The notes: a model not told the origin generated them from the sequence alone. 64,000 nucleotides of DNA from the human T2T-CHM13v2.0 reference genome, Homo sapiens (GCF_009914755.1 NC_060931.1), one strand, 5' to 3'. Shown: positions 1 through 18,222, numbered from the stretch's first letter. A program made the numbers and translations.

Positions 1-275
1 GAGGCCAAGGTGGGTGGATCACTTGAGGTCAGGAGTTTGAGACCAGCCTGGTCAAAGTGGTGAAACCCTGTCTCTACTAAAAAAAAAAAAAAAAAAAAAA
101 ATTAACCAGGCATGTTGGTGGGCATGTGTAATCCCAGCTACTCTGGAGGCTGAGGCAGCAGAATCGCTTGAGCCCGGGAGGTGGAGATTGTGTTGAGACA
201 AGATTGCACCACTGCTCTCCAACCTGGGTAACAGAGCGAGACTCTGTCTCAAAAAAAAAAAAAAAAAAAAAAAAA
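1..275 (+). mobile_element. AluS (5' end outside the window)
   Basis: Alu consensus with expanded middle A-tract and a poly(A) tail. Confidence 0.95.
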
Positions 276-2668
276 GGAATGTGTCCAGTATCACGCCCAG
301 TGAAAATCTGGGTCATCATCATAAGTGAGACTGCTGACCACACATTTTGAATTACCTTCAACATGGCTTCTGCAAGCTAAAGATTTGACCATGGAATAGA
401 ATTCACTAACAGATCCATTTGAGAATAAATATCTGCATAGAGCTCTGACAAGGTGAGATATGGCCAAGTCATGGGGCTGCATGTGTGACCTTTGAGGACA
501 CTCCTTTTAATCAACGTCCTCTACCAAGCAACTCATGATAGCTCTAAAAAAAAACCCAGCGTTAGTTATGGACCAATTGAATGATGGCTCTAGCTACCCT
601 TATTTGCAGAGCAGGGAAGAACTAAATCAAAAGCTGTAATTAAAAAAGATAATGACTTTTAAATTAGTTTTTATTAATAGAATTAAGCCATATTAAGTCT
701 TGAGATGGTATCATAAGTATGCGAATAAAATGTTCTTCCCTAATGAAAACATATATGGACTGAATAATTTAAAAGTCATATATTACATGTTGGTTTATAA
801 CATTAAATATTAAATATATTAATTGGCAATATAAAGTAGCTTATGGACATTTTGTATCACTAGCTAAATAACTAGGTAATTCCTTATTGATCTCTATATA
901 ATAGAGTCCAAACCCACATCAACAGGATGTAAAAGTTTTGATACTGACTAGACAGAATGAGCACTTCTTAGAGAACCACAGGATGACGATAGTGGTTCTG
1001 TGCTCTCTGTGCATCATCTTAATAGGAAAGAAACAGAGACTGGGGGAGGATGATTTAGATTATTCACAAATAAATTCTCCCTTGAAGGCAAATAAAATGG
1101 GGAGTGGGTGTCAGTGGAATCTTCTTTCCTAGATATGTATCTGGTCAGCTGTCTGGGGAAGTCTGGCATGGAACTGCCTGGGGAGGAGAAAATGAACAGA
1201 ATCATCTCCTGGTGAGCCTGTAATTGCACCAGCCTAGATTCCACATGGTAGCCTGTTGCCTTTTAGAAGGCCGCCGAGCCTTCTTGGATTTTCTAATGAT
1301 GACCTTGTCCTTTGTCCTAAACCTGCTGTCTTCTTACACCCCCACATCTCTCCTCTGCCAGCAGTAACTCAGGAGCCAAGCCTCAGGGTTTGTCCTCCTC
1401 TGTTTTCCCTTAATCTGGTAACTGCAGCTCCTGTGTCTCTGCCTGATTTTCCACTCCCACCCTGGTGGAGGCCTTTGTCTCTGCTCACCTGCAACACTGC
1501 CATGGCTGCAATATTGTCCTTGTGGCCCCCAGCTCCAGGAACTCCTTTGTTGCCCCACTGCTCTGACTGCCCGCTCTGTCTTGCCTCTGTGGATGGCCTG
1601 GGCCTGCACTGTGGGCCTTGTCTGCCTCCCACCGTCTCTTGGGAAGACACCTTACATTCCAGTCACACTCCTTTCCATGCCTCAGCCCCAAGCCCTTGCT
1701 TGCGTTGATTTTGCCTATGACTGGATTGCCCCACTGCCTCTCTGCCTCCTAAAACCCAGCTCAGCTCAGATGCCGCCATATTCTTGCAGTCCTCCTTGAT
1801 AAGCTCACAGAGAAAATGCACTTTTCCCTCTTCTGAGCACGTGTTGGCTGAAGTTTACTTGCTGATAGGATTGTGTTGGCTTTGCCTATCAGATAACAGC
1901 TGTGGCTTATTAATCTTTCCATTCCTAACAGTGCCAAAGTAAGTGCCTTGTACCAAAAGCTTTGTGGATTTGAGGAATGAATCAATTTAAGAGAAAGTCT
2001 TGCCCAGGTGACATTTTGGAATGGAGACTCTGAAATTAAATGGCAACCAAATGGACATTATGATGTCCTCACTGGCTTGTCTTCTATATGCAGGGTATGT
2101 TAAATTGGGTTTATTGCTTTGCTTTTTACACTTGAAGGGATAGTGTCTTAGGAAGAACGCTCCAGTGGAGAAAACAGTGACTCCCCTAGTACTGAGGTCC
2201 TGTGAATAGAATCTGTATTTTCACATATGCATATCTCTACATATGACTGTCACAATGGATGTGTCAGTTGGAGTCACTCTCTCACCTTCTTCCTCTTTGT
2301 TCCTCACGCTCATTAAAAACAGTCCCCGCCAATGCCCCCCTCCACCGATTACTAAAATATCAGAAGCAATTTGGATAATATATAAAAATGTATGATCTGG
2401 GTGGTATTTCTCACTACCCCCCTAAAAAGAACTCTCTTAATTTAGATTTTCCTCCAGTTTTTTTCTTCCTATAATATTTCTCCTCAGTCTCATATTTGTA
2501 TAAGCTGGACTTTCACTTCATACTGTTTTTGGGTCAGGGAAGTGGTTTGTCCCAGGGCTTCCACCTAAGGATAAGCCTGAAACATAAGCAGTTCCATCAA
2601 TTTCTGGTCTTAGTTTTAAGACATTCTGGGAGATTTCCAATGAATATAAGGAAAGCTGGATAATTTTA

Positions 2669-3169
<501 letters not shown>

Positions 3170-5454
3170 CTAAAAACAAGTGTAAAGATGAGGAATAAGA
3201 GGAGCTTAAATTCATCTTTGGCTCAGAGCAGTTAGGGCTAAGGCCCAGAGTTGAAGTTTTTTCCTTCTAGACATTTTACTTAGTGCTCCTACCTTGGCTG
3301 ATGTCTATTGTACTGCTCAGCCATTCCGCTTAATTCCTCTCTCAGCCATTCTTCCACTGCAAATCATGGCTGAGAGCTCGGTAGTTACTCTTGTAATCTG
3401 CTCTTGCCTATAACAAATGGTTGCAGACAGAATTGCAGTCCTATGATGTTTTTTTTAAGTGGCTCGCGGTAGAACCCCTAACAGCCTTTAACACCTTTTC
3501 TCCACTTCTAGTTGTGTAGGTGGGTGGTGGGATCTATGTGAACTTGATAAACAAAACCCATCAGTTCCAAGAATACAGTTGACGAGACTGTATCCTTGTA
3601 ACAGACGACATCCTGTAACAGTATACCTGGCAGAGCAAAACCATCGATGCAATGATTCTTTTAAAACATTGCAGAGATGTTGCAACGTTTTCTTATTTAG
3701 TTCAGAAGGGGCAAATGAGAATGCCAGGTTTTCAGGGTCTCACTGAACACCGATGAACTTCAGAATTGATATCTGTAATTTTCCACACATTTGTACTCGT
3801 GGCAATGAAATGCTCACTCTAACATCTTATGGTCCTTTGGCCTATGAAATATGCCACTATTTCTCTTTTCTAATAACCATTTCATACATTGGGACTGATA
3901 ATGAGAGCTGTATGATACTTACGTAAAAGGTCAATAAATCGTTCACAACAGAGAAAATTCACCTGGTAGATGGTCCAGATTTTCTATTTTTCTCATCTAA
4001 AAGTTTCCTCAACTCGTTTTGCTAGCTATTACGTATGTATTAAGTGTTACATCTGTGTTTATATAACACATTTTCATACTCAATTTTGTCCTTGAATAGT
4101 TTTTACCCTTGGCTGTAAACCTGTCTGAACCTTAGGGATCTCATATTTAAATTGCCTGATGGTTTTAGGCCAATGTGATTGACCAGAATTGTGATTTATT
4201 TATTTAGTCTCATTTTTCCACACCATAGGCTCTTCAAATTAAGTCAGTATTACAAAAAAAGAGAGAAGATGGCTATTTAAAGTGAACATTGAATAGGAAT
4301 AAATATTCTCAACTCAGTCAAGGTGGTCACACAAGACACTTTCTAAACATGCCTGGGACGTCTGCTTTGAATAGCATCTAAATGACACAAGAGGATTTAG
4401 CAAAGGCTACTGCTGTTCAGCTGAGAATATTGTATGATTAGAGAGAAAGCAGGGGAATTGAAACGTTTGTTTCTCTCTCAGGTTTGCAGGTTAGGCTGGT
4501 CAGAAATGCTGTTTGTGTCTCAGATTTCTGAGCTACAAGGTGGTGATCATTCTCTCATGGGCCTGATCTATCTTTATCTGACTTAAGGCATTCTCGGGGG
4601 CCTGTCTGCTCTAGTTCTCATTCTGCCTGAAAACATCATTTTATGAGGACTTTCTTAATGAAACAGCACATATTTGCAGGCAAAGGCATTCTTACCAGGA
4701 AGAGTGATAACTAACGGGCTCTACTGGCTCCCTCTACTATCACTAACTCAGCAGCAACCCCCTGTTGAAGCACTTTCACACTCAGTTAATAGGAACAGGC
4801 CACACACCTCTCCACCTTGCCCAGTGATACCTCTGGAGCCAGAAGCTAGTGGTCTCCTGGCAAAGGCCAACCCCCACCTGGAGCATTGACCTGTTTTGAT
4901 TCTGCGGATTAGTCACTGTTTAGTGTGCCATAGGTCAGTTCTGTCACTAGCAAATGAAGCCTGCCTGGCATTTATTCTCAGAGAAATGTCTGAAAAGCTC
5001 TTATGGCCCATCACATTTCAGAAGAAAGCCATAGTCATGTCAAAGATGTCATGGGCTTCAGCCTTCTCTTGACTAATTGCTCTTCCCCAAAGAAATACAG
5101 TACACAGATGCAGGCAAGCTCCGAGGTGCTGGAGAGGGCCGATGATTTTTTTAAACTGTCAAGAAAGTGTGTTACGAGGTTGTACACAGCCCTCTGTTTC
5201 TGAGAAATATTGTTACTGCTGTTTAAAAACAAACTGAAGAAAATGGAAGGAGCAATAAAAATAAAACAAACTGTACATATACATAAATGTTATGCAATTG
5301 TTGGTCCTCACTGTCTTTTTCAATTTTGAAGGGAGTCTTCTTGTGTTAGAGCTTGAGGAGAGGTTTGAGAATTCACAGTGCAGCCATTGCGTAGCCATTT
5401 CCATGAGGTCAGGGCTTTGCTGGGTGTGGAGATGCTATAGTTTGGAGATACATA

Positions 5455-6026
<572 letters not shown>

Positions 6027-6428
6027 GTTAGTTTGGATTTTTGACCCTCCAAACCTCATGCTGAAATTTGATCCCCAGTGTTGGAGGTAGGGCCTGGGAG
6101 GTGTTTGGGTCATTGGTGTGGCTCGCTCTGAATGGCCTGCTGCCGTCCTCATGGGACTGAGTTCTCCTTCTTGGTTTCCTGGGGAACGAGTTGTTGGAAA
6201 GAGCCTGGCACCCCCTCCTCTTTCTTGCTTCCTCTCTCACCACGTGACTGCTGCACAGTTTCTCTACACCTTCCGCCAGGAGTGGAAGCCGCCTGAAGCC
6301 CTCACCAGAGGCAGATGCTGGTGCCATGCTCCACAGCCTGCAGAACCACGAGCCAAATAAATCCCTCTGCTTTATAAATGACCCATCCTCAGGATTCCTT
6401 TTATAGCAACAAAACAAACTAAGACAAA
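6027..6428. mobile_element. MST-family MaLR solo LTR
   Basis: ccctccaaacctcatgctgaaatttgatccccagtgttggaggt...tttatagcaacaaaacaaactaagaca is typical of MSTA/MSTB. Confidence 0.85.
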
Positions 6429-7984
6429 GGGGCAGCCAGGCATCCTGGACCATTGCTTACTCTCAGCAATGGGGACTTTTCATTATATCACACGCCCCCT
6501 GCCAGAGCTCATAAATGCTTGGCTATTGGGGAAAAAAATACTTTAATAATTTACTTTATCACCCAAGAGTGGCTCCCAAAGCTGGTTATATATGACAACC
6601 AGAACTGACCTCCTATAAGAATGCAGGTACCCTGACCCACTGGTTTTGCTCTTCAAAGTTACCCTGAGGAAATAATCAAGGATATATATGGGAAGATACA
6701 GCTTCAAGGATTTTATTTTTTGGTAGGATTTTTTTATAGTAGTGGAAAAATTAGAAAATTAAAATTAAAGAATGATCATCCCAATAGGAGACTGCTTAAA
6801 TGATAAATGTATAGAACTAAATGCTGAGCAGCCAGTAAAAACAAGGTATAGAAGGATATTTATATCATGGAAAAGTAGTAGAAATATTGTCAAATAAAAA
6901 AAGCAGGTTTCAAAATAAAATGGTTACATTTTTAAAAAGAGAATTATTTTACCTCTTTTGATTATTTTCTGTTTTTGAGGTATTCTATAATTAACATGCA
7001 GTATTTTGTTAAAATCAGAAAAGTTACCTAAAAAGAGAGCCCGTTAGAGCATCATTTGAGAACTAACGCTGCTTGCAGAATGGCAGTAGGAACGTTTTCA
7101 AAATTGAGATTTTAAATACATCCTTTTAAAATGTCTGTCCTAGGAGTTTTAGAACATTAGTCTTTCAAAGAGCTTTGTCAGATGTGTAGGTGAGGAGACC
7201 CTTAATATAGAAGCTGTCCCAGGACTGTGTTGTCCCCTGTCTGAGGGTGCAGGGAATTCAGCGGGAGGGGCCGTTCTCTGTCCCTCCTTCCCCTCTCCTT
7301 GTCAGATTGGCCCCAAGGGGGTGAGGACCTGTGTGGACAGACTGGCTATGCTCCTGCCATGGGAATATGCATATATTTGAAGGTCAAAAAGTGAGGCCAA
7401 AGCTTCTAAATGCTTCTCTCTGGAGTAATCTACTAACCAGAAATTCAGAAAAACATAAACACCTTTCCTTTATTTTCTCTTCTGAGGTCTCTGGCAGGAC
7501 CAGATGGTTTCTGGCTGTCTTTTCCCATTCTCATAAGCTCCAATCCCCAACTGTGAGTCCATCTTTCCCTGTTTCAAAGTAGAAGTGCCCATTTATTGGG
7601 GTGGGTGGATTAAGGAACGATCAGGTAGAGAAGGATGACAAAAACGCGAAGTGAGAAAAAATTTCAGCTGAAAAATTGTTTACTCTTTGCTGGGCTATAG
7701 AGGTGAAAATAATTGACTGGATTTTGTTGCATTCTGTTCAGCAGTCCAAACTGAACCTCCAGCTTGCTGTGAGGTATTAAAGGCTTAGTTCCAGCCTTTT
7801 GATTTTTCAAGCACACTTGTACTCCCCCGAGATCTACCTCAGAATCTGCTGGATCCAATACCACTTTCTTTTATGGATTGAGTTTATTTTGTACCTTCTC
7901 TTTATAAGTGGAGGAAACCAGGCCTTTCAGTTAGATATGGTAGTTCTTTCTCAAAATGGACTCACTTTACACAGCAATACACAT

Positions 7985-8288
7985 ATTTTATTTTATTTTA
8001 TTTTTTTGAGATGTGGTCTCGATCTGTCGCCCAGGTTGGAGTGCAGTGGTGTGATCTCGGCTCACTGCAAGCTCTGCCTCCTGGGTTCCAGCTATTCTCC
8101 TGCCTCAGCCTCCTGAGTAGCTGCGACTACAAGTGTGCATCACCACGCCTGGCAAATTTTTGTATTTTTAGTAGAGATGGGGTTTCACCATGTTGGTCAG
8201 GCTGGTCTTGAAATCCTGACCTCATGATCCGCCTACCTCAGGCTCCCAAAGTGCTGGGATTACAGGCGTGAGACACTGCGCCTGGCCT
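7985..8288 (-). mobile_element. AluS
   Basis: Reverse Alu consensus with T-rich tail. Confidence 0.95.
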
Positions 8289-8524
8289 AAAGGGATATAA
8301 TTTTTATTCTGGGATGCTGAAGACTGGAGAGGCAGGAATTCTGTCTTTAAAAAGCCTCCATCTCACTCTATGGACATTCTCCTTCACATGGGTGTGTGTA
8401 TGTATTATATTCTTATGTAACGATTATTTAAGCCCCTTCATTCATAGGCATACTTTTTTTTTTTTTTTTTTTCCTGAAAGACCATAACCTTCTGGAGGGA
8501 AGGACCTGACTTGCTATTTCACTT

Positions 8525-8820
<296 letters not shown>

Positions 8821-8879
8821 TTAACCTTATTTCTTTTTCTTATTTCTTAACCTTATTTCATTCATTCACACAATGTAGG

Positions 8880-8985
8880 CCTGCCTTGGCCTCCCAAAGT
8901 GCTGGGATTACAGGCGTGTGGTTTTTTTAAATAGGTGACATCCACTGGTGTGAGGTGATACCTCATTGTGATTTTGATTTGCATT
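8880..8985. repeat. Duplicated Alu/L1 junction fragment (copy of 11356-11449)
   Basis: gggattacaggcgtgtggtttttttaaataggtgacatccactggtgtgaggtgatacctcattgtgattttgatttgcatt aligns with gggattacaggcgtgtgtgtttgtttaaatagttgccatccactggtgtgaggtgatatctcactgggattttgatttgcatt. Confidence 0.85.
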
Positions 8986-10154
8986 TTCTATCCAGTGTTA
9001 AACATGAGGCTCTGGGCACAATCATGCTTGCAAATAATAGATCTAGTGCTTTGGAACTGTGAAACAGATAAGATAATAACCTAGTAAAAATTTCCTGAGA
9101 GACAAGGTCACAGAAAGGCAAAAAGAAAGCCATGATCTTCATGTCACATTTTGCAATACTAAATAACCTTGCAATGTTTACATTTACATTACCTATCCCC
9201 ATAGGGAGTGCCTTAGCCTGCCACTTGCAGCTCCCAGTGAAGATGAATGGAAACGCTTTTCCCTTGTCAGTGTACTTCTGAGTCAGAATCAGGATTGTGT
9301 TCTATTAGTATTTGTCTGTTTTGCAAGCTCCTACCTAGAGTGGCTGTCAAGACAATTGATATTCTTCCTCCCCACTGAACCTGGGCTACTGTCTATAATA
9401 AGTCATCGTGAAAAGAGGTGGGGTACAAAGGAATATAAATAAACCACCGACACCTCGCAGACCCTGGAACCTCCTTTTCTATACATGCAGTTCTACTTCC
9501 TTACTGCCCCTGGTAGAGTCCTCCTTCCAAAATCAATCAGGGGCAGGACCCAAAACAATAGCAGCAAAAACAGAAGCTGAACAAAAACCTGATAACTAGA
9601 GAGTGAACTGATGATAATGCCAACCTTATGATAATGAGCTGCCTGGCTCCTACTGATTGCTCCTTTAAGAAACTCAGCACCTCTTATCTAATTGTCCTGA
9701 AGGCTGCATAATGTATCAAATGAAGCTCAGGAAGGGGGGCAATCCTCTGAAGTAACCTCCGCTGAAGGCTTAGGGCTGCTGGAGCTCCTGTGTGGCAGTG
9801 TCTTTTTTTTAATTATTGTGGTAAAAAACATAAAACTTACCATCTTAACCATTTGTAAGTGTGCAGTACAGTAGTGTTATGTGTAACAGATCCCTAAAAG
9901 TTCATCTTGCAAAACTGAAACTCTATATCCATTGAACTCACCCTTTCCCTCCTCCCCAGCCCCTGGCAACCACGTTCTATGTCCTGTTTCTAAGAGCCTG
10001 ACTACTTTAGATGCCTCATGTAAGTGGAATCATGCAGTATTCATCTTTTTGTGACTGGCTTATTTCACTTCCCATAATGTCCTCAAGGTTCATTCATGTT
10101 GTAGCAGATGACAGGATTTCCTTCTTTTTTAAGGCTAAATAATATTCCATTGTA

Positions 10155-10705
10155 ATACCATTTGACCCAGCAATCCCATTACTGGGTATATACCCAAATG
10201 AATATAAATCATTCTATTATAAAGATATATGGATGCATATGTTTACTGCAGCACTATTTACAATACTAAAGACATGGAATCAGCCTAAATGCCCATCAAT
10301 GATAGACTGGATAAAGAAAATGTGGTACATATGTACCATGGAATACTATGCAGCCATAAAAGGAACAAGATCATGTCCTTTGCAGAAACATGGTTGGAGC
10401 TGGGAGCCATTATCCTCAGCAAACTGACACAGGTACAGAAAACCAAACACTGCATCTTCTCACTATAAATGGGAGCTGAATGGTGAGAACACATGGACAA
10501 ATTGAGGGGGGAACAACACACACTGGGGCCTGTCAGGGCTTGGGGGGAAGGAGAGCATCAGGAAGAACAGCTAAGGGATGCTGGGCTTAATACCTAGGTG
10601 ATGGGGTGATCTGTGCAGCAAACCACCATGGCACATGTTTACCTGCATAACAAACCTGCACATCCTGCACATGGACCCTGAACTTAAAAGTTGAAGAAAA
10701 AAGAA
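10155..10705 (+). mobile_element. Older L1PA 3' end (sense) nested in L1MB
   Basis: taccatttgacccagcaatcccattactgggtatatacccaa...aaacctgcacatcctgcacatg with an A-tail. TSD-like attccattgta / attccactgta. Confidence 0.9.
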
Positions 10706-11104
10706 ATTCCACTGTACGTAGGTGTACACACACACTGACACACACACATCCCTCCCACATTTTCTTTATCCATTCATGTGTTGATGGACATTGAGGCTGC
10801 TCCACCTTTTGGTTATTATAAATATTGTGAATAATGCTGCAATGAACAAGAATGTGCAAATATCTCCTTGAGATCCTATATATTTTATATGTATAAATAT
10901 TTTTATGAGTGTGTCTATATATATAAATTATATATATATATATATAAAATCTCCAAAAGTGGGATTGTTGGATTATATGGTAATTCCATATTTAATTTTT
11001 TGAAGAACCTCCATACCGTTTCCATAATGGCCACACTTGCAATCCCACAAACAGAACACAAGAGTTCTAATTTCTTCACATCCTTGCCAACACTTGTTAT
11101 TTTC

Positions 11105-11382
<278 letters not shown>

Positions 11383-11833
11383 GTGTTTGTTTAAATAGTT
11401 GCCATCCACTGGTGTGAGGTGATATCTCACTGGGATTTTGATTTGCATTGCCCTGATAACTGGTGATATCAAACCTCTTTTCTTATGCTTGTTGGCCATT
11501 TGTGTATTTATGTCTTTCACAACCATAGCACAACTTGGGGTTTCTAGCCAGAGCTTTTTTACATGCCTTGGAGCTTTGGATGTAGAGAGATTGGGACATG
11601 GTTTCACTGTATTTGATCACTGAAAGGCAAGCAACATTTCACTTACATGGTGAGTAAGCAGTGAGATTTTTTTTTTGCCTGGGCATTGCCTGATATTTTA
11701 CTTTGAAAACAAGCTAAAGATATTGACTGCTGTATGCCCAGGGGTAACAAGCTATTGATGGCTATAATGGAAAAGTCCAACTGAACAGATGTATTTTACT
11801 TAGAAGAGATAATTTTTCTCCCCTCTGGCATTT

Positions 11834-11837
11834 TATA

Positions 11838-11917
<80 letters not shown>
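11834..11917. repeat. (TA)n(TG)n compound microsatellite
   Basis: Seen directly in the sequence. Confidence 0.95.
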
Positions 11918-11919
<2 letters not shown>

Positions 11920-12182
11920 AGAAACATCTTGAATATAAAAAGACATTAAGTATTCCTGCTAGTTGCTTTTTCTGTAGTAGTGAATTTTCATAAGGAATAG
12001 CAAAAAGACCCAACTCCTTTTTTTGAAGGTACTATGCTAACATCAAACAATCTTTCATCAGAAAAACCCAGTGTATGAAAGCAGCTCCAAGTGGTCATAG
12101 TACAATGATTGTGTCTATACATTAAAGTTGGGGTTATGAGGGAAAGTAGCCTCTGTATCACTGCTCATGTGTCTCAAAGTAG

Positions 12183-12624
<442 letters not shown>

Positions 12625-12679
12625 TAATTCATTCATAGTACTCTCCATGTAAGCATTAAAAAGGAACTAAGGCATCCTA

Positions 12680-12780
12680 TAACTGAACCCTATTATTTTA
12701 TGGATGAGTAGACCAAGGTCCAGAGAAATTAGGTAATTCTTGAAAGGTTGCACAGCTAGTTAACGGCATCACTTTAGAAT
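12680..12780. mobile_element. MIR fragment
   Basis: attttatggatgagtagaccaaggtccagagaaattagg...ttgcacagctagt resembles the MIR core. Confidence 0.65.
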
Positions 12781-13034
12781 TTTCCTATGTCTTTTTCCCT
12801 GATGATGGCTCTGCCGTTTTCTCAAATACTTAGTTTCTAACGTGGGGATACTTTTTGAATCCTTCTTAATTCTTAGTCCCTTTATACCATCATTCAGCAG
12901 GTTTTATTGATTCTTCTTTCAAGGCTCTTGGTATTGACAACTCACCTGCATCTTACTTCTGTTTTTAGTTTCTCATTACCCCATCCCTGCATCTCCTAGG
13001 TTATCTTAATAGCTTATCTGATCTACCTCTAGTC

Positions 13035-13215
13035 CACTGGTTCTTAGCTCTGGCTTCTCATCATATTGACCTGGGGCATGTTAACAACAGCAGAAGCCCA
13101 CCTCTGCCTGCCAGTCTTTCCCACCCCGTTCTGGTTGAATTGGTCTAGGGAGGAGCCTCTGTGGGTATTTTTCAAATCCAAATCCACAGGTGATGATAAT
13201 GGGTACACAGGATTA
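13035..13215. mobile_element. MER5-like hAT-Charlie relic
   Basis: cactggttcttagctctggc...gaattggtctagggagg...gtatttttcaaatccaaatccacaggtgat. Confidence 0.55.
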
Positions 13216-14314
13216 AAAACCCTTTCCAGAAATGTTTGCCACCACCCATAAAGCACTTCTTTGGCAGTGTCAATATGATGCTTGAGAACTTTCTGTGCCT
13301 TCTCATTGTCATTAGTTTCTAGATATCTGCTTCTTCCAATCATTCAATGCTTTTGTGACTTTACCTTTTGGTAGGAACCCTATGCTCTAGATATATCATT
13401 TGCGTGTCAGCTTCAAAATCATCTCTGACAATATCCTACATTCGTTTCAAGTTGTAGAGCCCTTTGCTCTCCTCTCTGCCCATCTAAAATCCACTGGCTC
13501 CTTAAGGGTATCTCAAGACTACCTTCCTCCAAGGAGCCCTGTCTGACTATTCTGGTCATTATTTCTGCTACTTGCCTCAAATGCTCTTATTCTGGTTTGT
13601 ACTCTCTTATTCTAAGTAAGAATTTTCAGCTCTTTAGTGAGACGGAGAGCTCCTCGAGGGAGGAACAATGCCATATATATATATATATATTTTTTTTTTC
13701 TGGAGTCCCTACAGCATCAAACAATGGCTGACATATAAGAGGCAAATTTGGTTAAACTTGGTAGAGACCCAGGAGACTAGAAGGGAGCTTAGAGAATTTT
13801 CGTGGCAGCCCCTTTTCCACAACAGAAAGGCAGGCACAGAATCTCATTCAGACAGACCTAACATTAGCTCTCATTCCACAGGTCCTGGCTACCTTATGTC
13901 TCCAGGAGACCGTGCTAGACATGGCATTTCTGTAGCCCAGCAGCACTGGCATATTAGACTACAGTTTGTGCTGCCAACATAGGTCACAATTACAATGTGA
14001 GAAAAAACACTTTGTAGTAACAGTAAAACTTAGATGAACCAGAAGCAACTACCTGGAACATTCAAGTAGCCAGTTTTCTTCCACTCAGCAATTAACACAG
14101 AGATACATTACATGAGAATAAGTGGATAGGCAGGAAATTATTTAAAAAACAAAACAAAAGGGACCCCCCCCCCTCTTTAGATTAGATTGAGAGTGTCAGT
14201 GAAAATTTGGGCCACCAATCTTGTGGCTTCTACAACCATCTAAATAAAAACCTGCATTGAAATTTGCTGTCAGAATGATGACCTCGTTCTGACAAACTTG
14301 ATAAACTGCAAGAT

Positions 14315-14800
14315 GTTTATTCATCCATTCACTTATTTATTCAGTCTTTCTTGTTGTCCTCAATCTGCTAAGCACTGTACAAAGAACCTAGGTTCCTGGC
14401 TTCAAGGAGTTTGAATACCACAAAGGGGAGGAAGTATGTGGACACTGATAACTATGCTGCAAAGCAGAGAGTGAGAGAGAACAGGAAAGAAGCATGAGGG
14501 CTATGAGACTTCAGACGACTGAGAGATCCCTTCTGATTGCCGGACTTGGGAAAGGATTCATGGAGGAGGCAAGCTTTGGACCTGGATCTTGAAGGAGGAC
14601 AAGATTTGGGGAAAGGGTTTACTAAGCCAAGAAAACAGCATGTGCCCAACCCTGAAGGTGGGGATGCAGGTCAATGACAAGTGTTCCCGTGTAACTGGAA
14701 CACATCTATGTAATGGAGTATTGTGTGAGATAGGAGATGAGAGTGAATAGCAGGATGGGGCCAAATCACGGATGGCTTGGGGATGCACTTAAAGGTTTTT
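14315..14800 (-). mobile_element. L2 fragment
   Basis: ttcatccattcacttatt tail, gaaaggattcatggaggagg and ggggccaaatcacggatggc match L2 3' sequence. Confidence 0.65.
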
Positions 14801-14801
14801 G

Positions 14802-15092
14802 TTGGGTGCAGTGGCTCACACCTGTAATCCCAACACTATGGGGGGCCAAGGCAGGCAGATCACTTGAGGCCAGGAGTTCAAGACCAGCCTGGCCAACATG
14901 GTGAAACCCTGTCTCTATTAAAAATACAAAAAGTAGCTGGGGGCGGTGGCATATGCCTGTAATTCTAGCTACCTGGGAGACTGAGGTGAGAATTGCCTGA
15001 ACCCAGAAGGCAGAGATTCCCCTGAGCCGAGATTGTGCCACTGCACTCCAGCCTGGGTGAAAGAGCAAGACTGTCTCAAAAAAAAAAAAAAA
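14802..15092 (+). mobile_element. AluS
   Basis: Alu consensus with poly(A). Confidence 0.93.
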
Positions 15093-15323
15093 GGTTTTCT
15101 TTTTTTTTTTAGATGGAAAAGATTTTGAGTGGGGCAATCCTTTAGGACAACTGTGGCATCAATGAGCAGGGAAGATATACCATAGCAGTATAGCAGTAGG
15201 GCAAACAAGTAAAGGCTGTCTAATCCGGGGGAGTGGGCCTGAACTGGGACAGAATGACAATGGGAATGGAGGAGAGGCTGATGTGGGAAATGAAAGAAGT
15301 ATGCTTACATCTGGGGACTGGTT

Positions 15324-15324
<1 letters not shown>

Positions 15325-15362
<38 letters not shown>
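15325..15362. repeat. (CA)n microsatellite within degraded L2 sequence (about 15110-15720)
   Basis: Seen directly in the sequence. Confidence 0.9.
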
Positions 15363-15364
<2 letters not shown>

Positions 15365-16399
15365 TGGGGAAGCCAGCCAAGGTAGTTTTGAGCCAACCAG
15401 GAGGGTTGATGGTCCCTTAATTAATAGGTGATTCAAGAGGAGGAATATTTTGGGAGGGAAGGTCATGAATACAATTTTCAATGCATAAATGCAGGGTATC
15501 TGGGTAGAATTGTCTAGCAGGCAGTTTGAAGTCTTGGGATGAAGCTGTGAAATGAAGGCAGGGGTGGCAAACAGACACAAGAGTCCTCTGCACAGTGGGA
15601 CAGGTGGAACCATGAGAGCAAGAGAGATCCTGAAGGAAAGGGTGGGGAGGGCTGTTATGGGTGGAAAGAGAGTTGAAGACCCCAGAGGAGCAATTGAACA
15701 GGTAAGAGAAAATCCAGCGAATACACTGACCAACAGTGTTAGTTGTTACAGGGGCTGACGGGTTGAATCCGTCATTAGATTTTGTTATCATAGTGAAACT
15801 GGAGATCTTTGAGGGGACTTCGTCATTGGAGTCTTGATAAAATTCAGATTTTAAAATGCAGTATGTCACAGGAAAAGAGAAATTGGGCAGAGCATGCCTG
15901 TTTCCAGAATACCTTATACATCAGCCGGGAAAGGAACCCAAGAAATGATTTCAACAAGAGTGCGACATTTTTTTGTTTTGGTAACCTACAAGCACCCCGT
16001 TTTCCTTAACCCTTCCCCATATAGAGAGTTACTTTAGTGTAGAGATGGTATCTTACTCATCTTTGCACTCTGACCACCTCTGCCTCTGAAAAAAGAAAGC
16101 AGAAACAACAGGGCCTGGGCCCCCATGGCTGGAGCTAAGTAGAAGCTCTAGTTATCCGAGGTGGGTGTCCACATTGGGTGGGTTCCTGGAGTGGCTCAGA
16201 ACATGGGGAGGCATGTGGGGAGGGCCTATAGAGAGGTCCATGGAGTAGCAGGCGAAGGCCACTTCCCACCCACAATCCACACAAAGCCATCATGTCTTGA
16301 GTGCTATGTGCCTGGCATTGCGCCAATCCTCTCCACTCCTTTTCTAACTTGCTTCCCAGCCTATCTCTGGGTGGTGCAACCACTTTTTCATCTAGAAAA

Positions 16400-17860
<1,461 letters not shown>

Positions 17861-18219
17861 CCACAAAGAGCCCTCTCTCTCTTTTTTTAAAGTTAATGAC
17901 TCTAGTGAATTGACTCAGGCCTCCTCATCCCCATGGATTACAGACTAGTTAAAGTAAATTACATGGCAAGCATAGACTTTTCTTTTGTCAGAAACAGAAA
18001 TCTATCCCTCCTTAACCTACAGTCATTGGACTAGATTTCCCCAATAAGTATTCCATGGCTTTATCCCTTTTCTAGCACATTGCAACTTTCTCCTTTATGC
18101 TCTAACTTAGCTATGTAGTTTTCCCTGATCAGCAAGTTACCTTTTGAGAGACATACTTTGGAGAAATGATACATTTAAAATTTGTTTTTGTAGATAGCTT
18201 CAAGGAATGACTGTGATGG

Positions 18220-18222
<3 letters not shown>

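Noticed and set aside
1256-1708. 150-aa Pro/Leu-rich ORF and overlapping antisense ORFs
   Set aside because: Pyrimidine-rich sequence, probably degraded L2, with a non-ATG start and no recognisable domain.
3447-3900. T-tract followed by unique sequence, a possible antisense processed pseudogene
   Set aside because: No recognisable protein similarity, TSD or suitably placed polyA signal.
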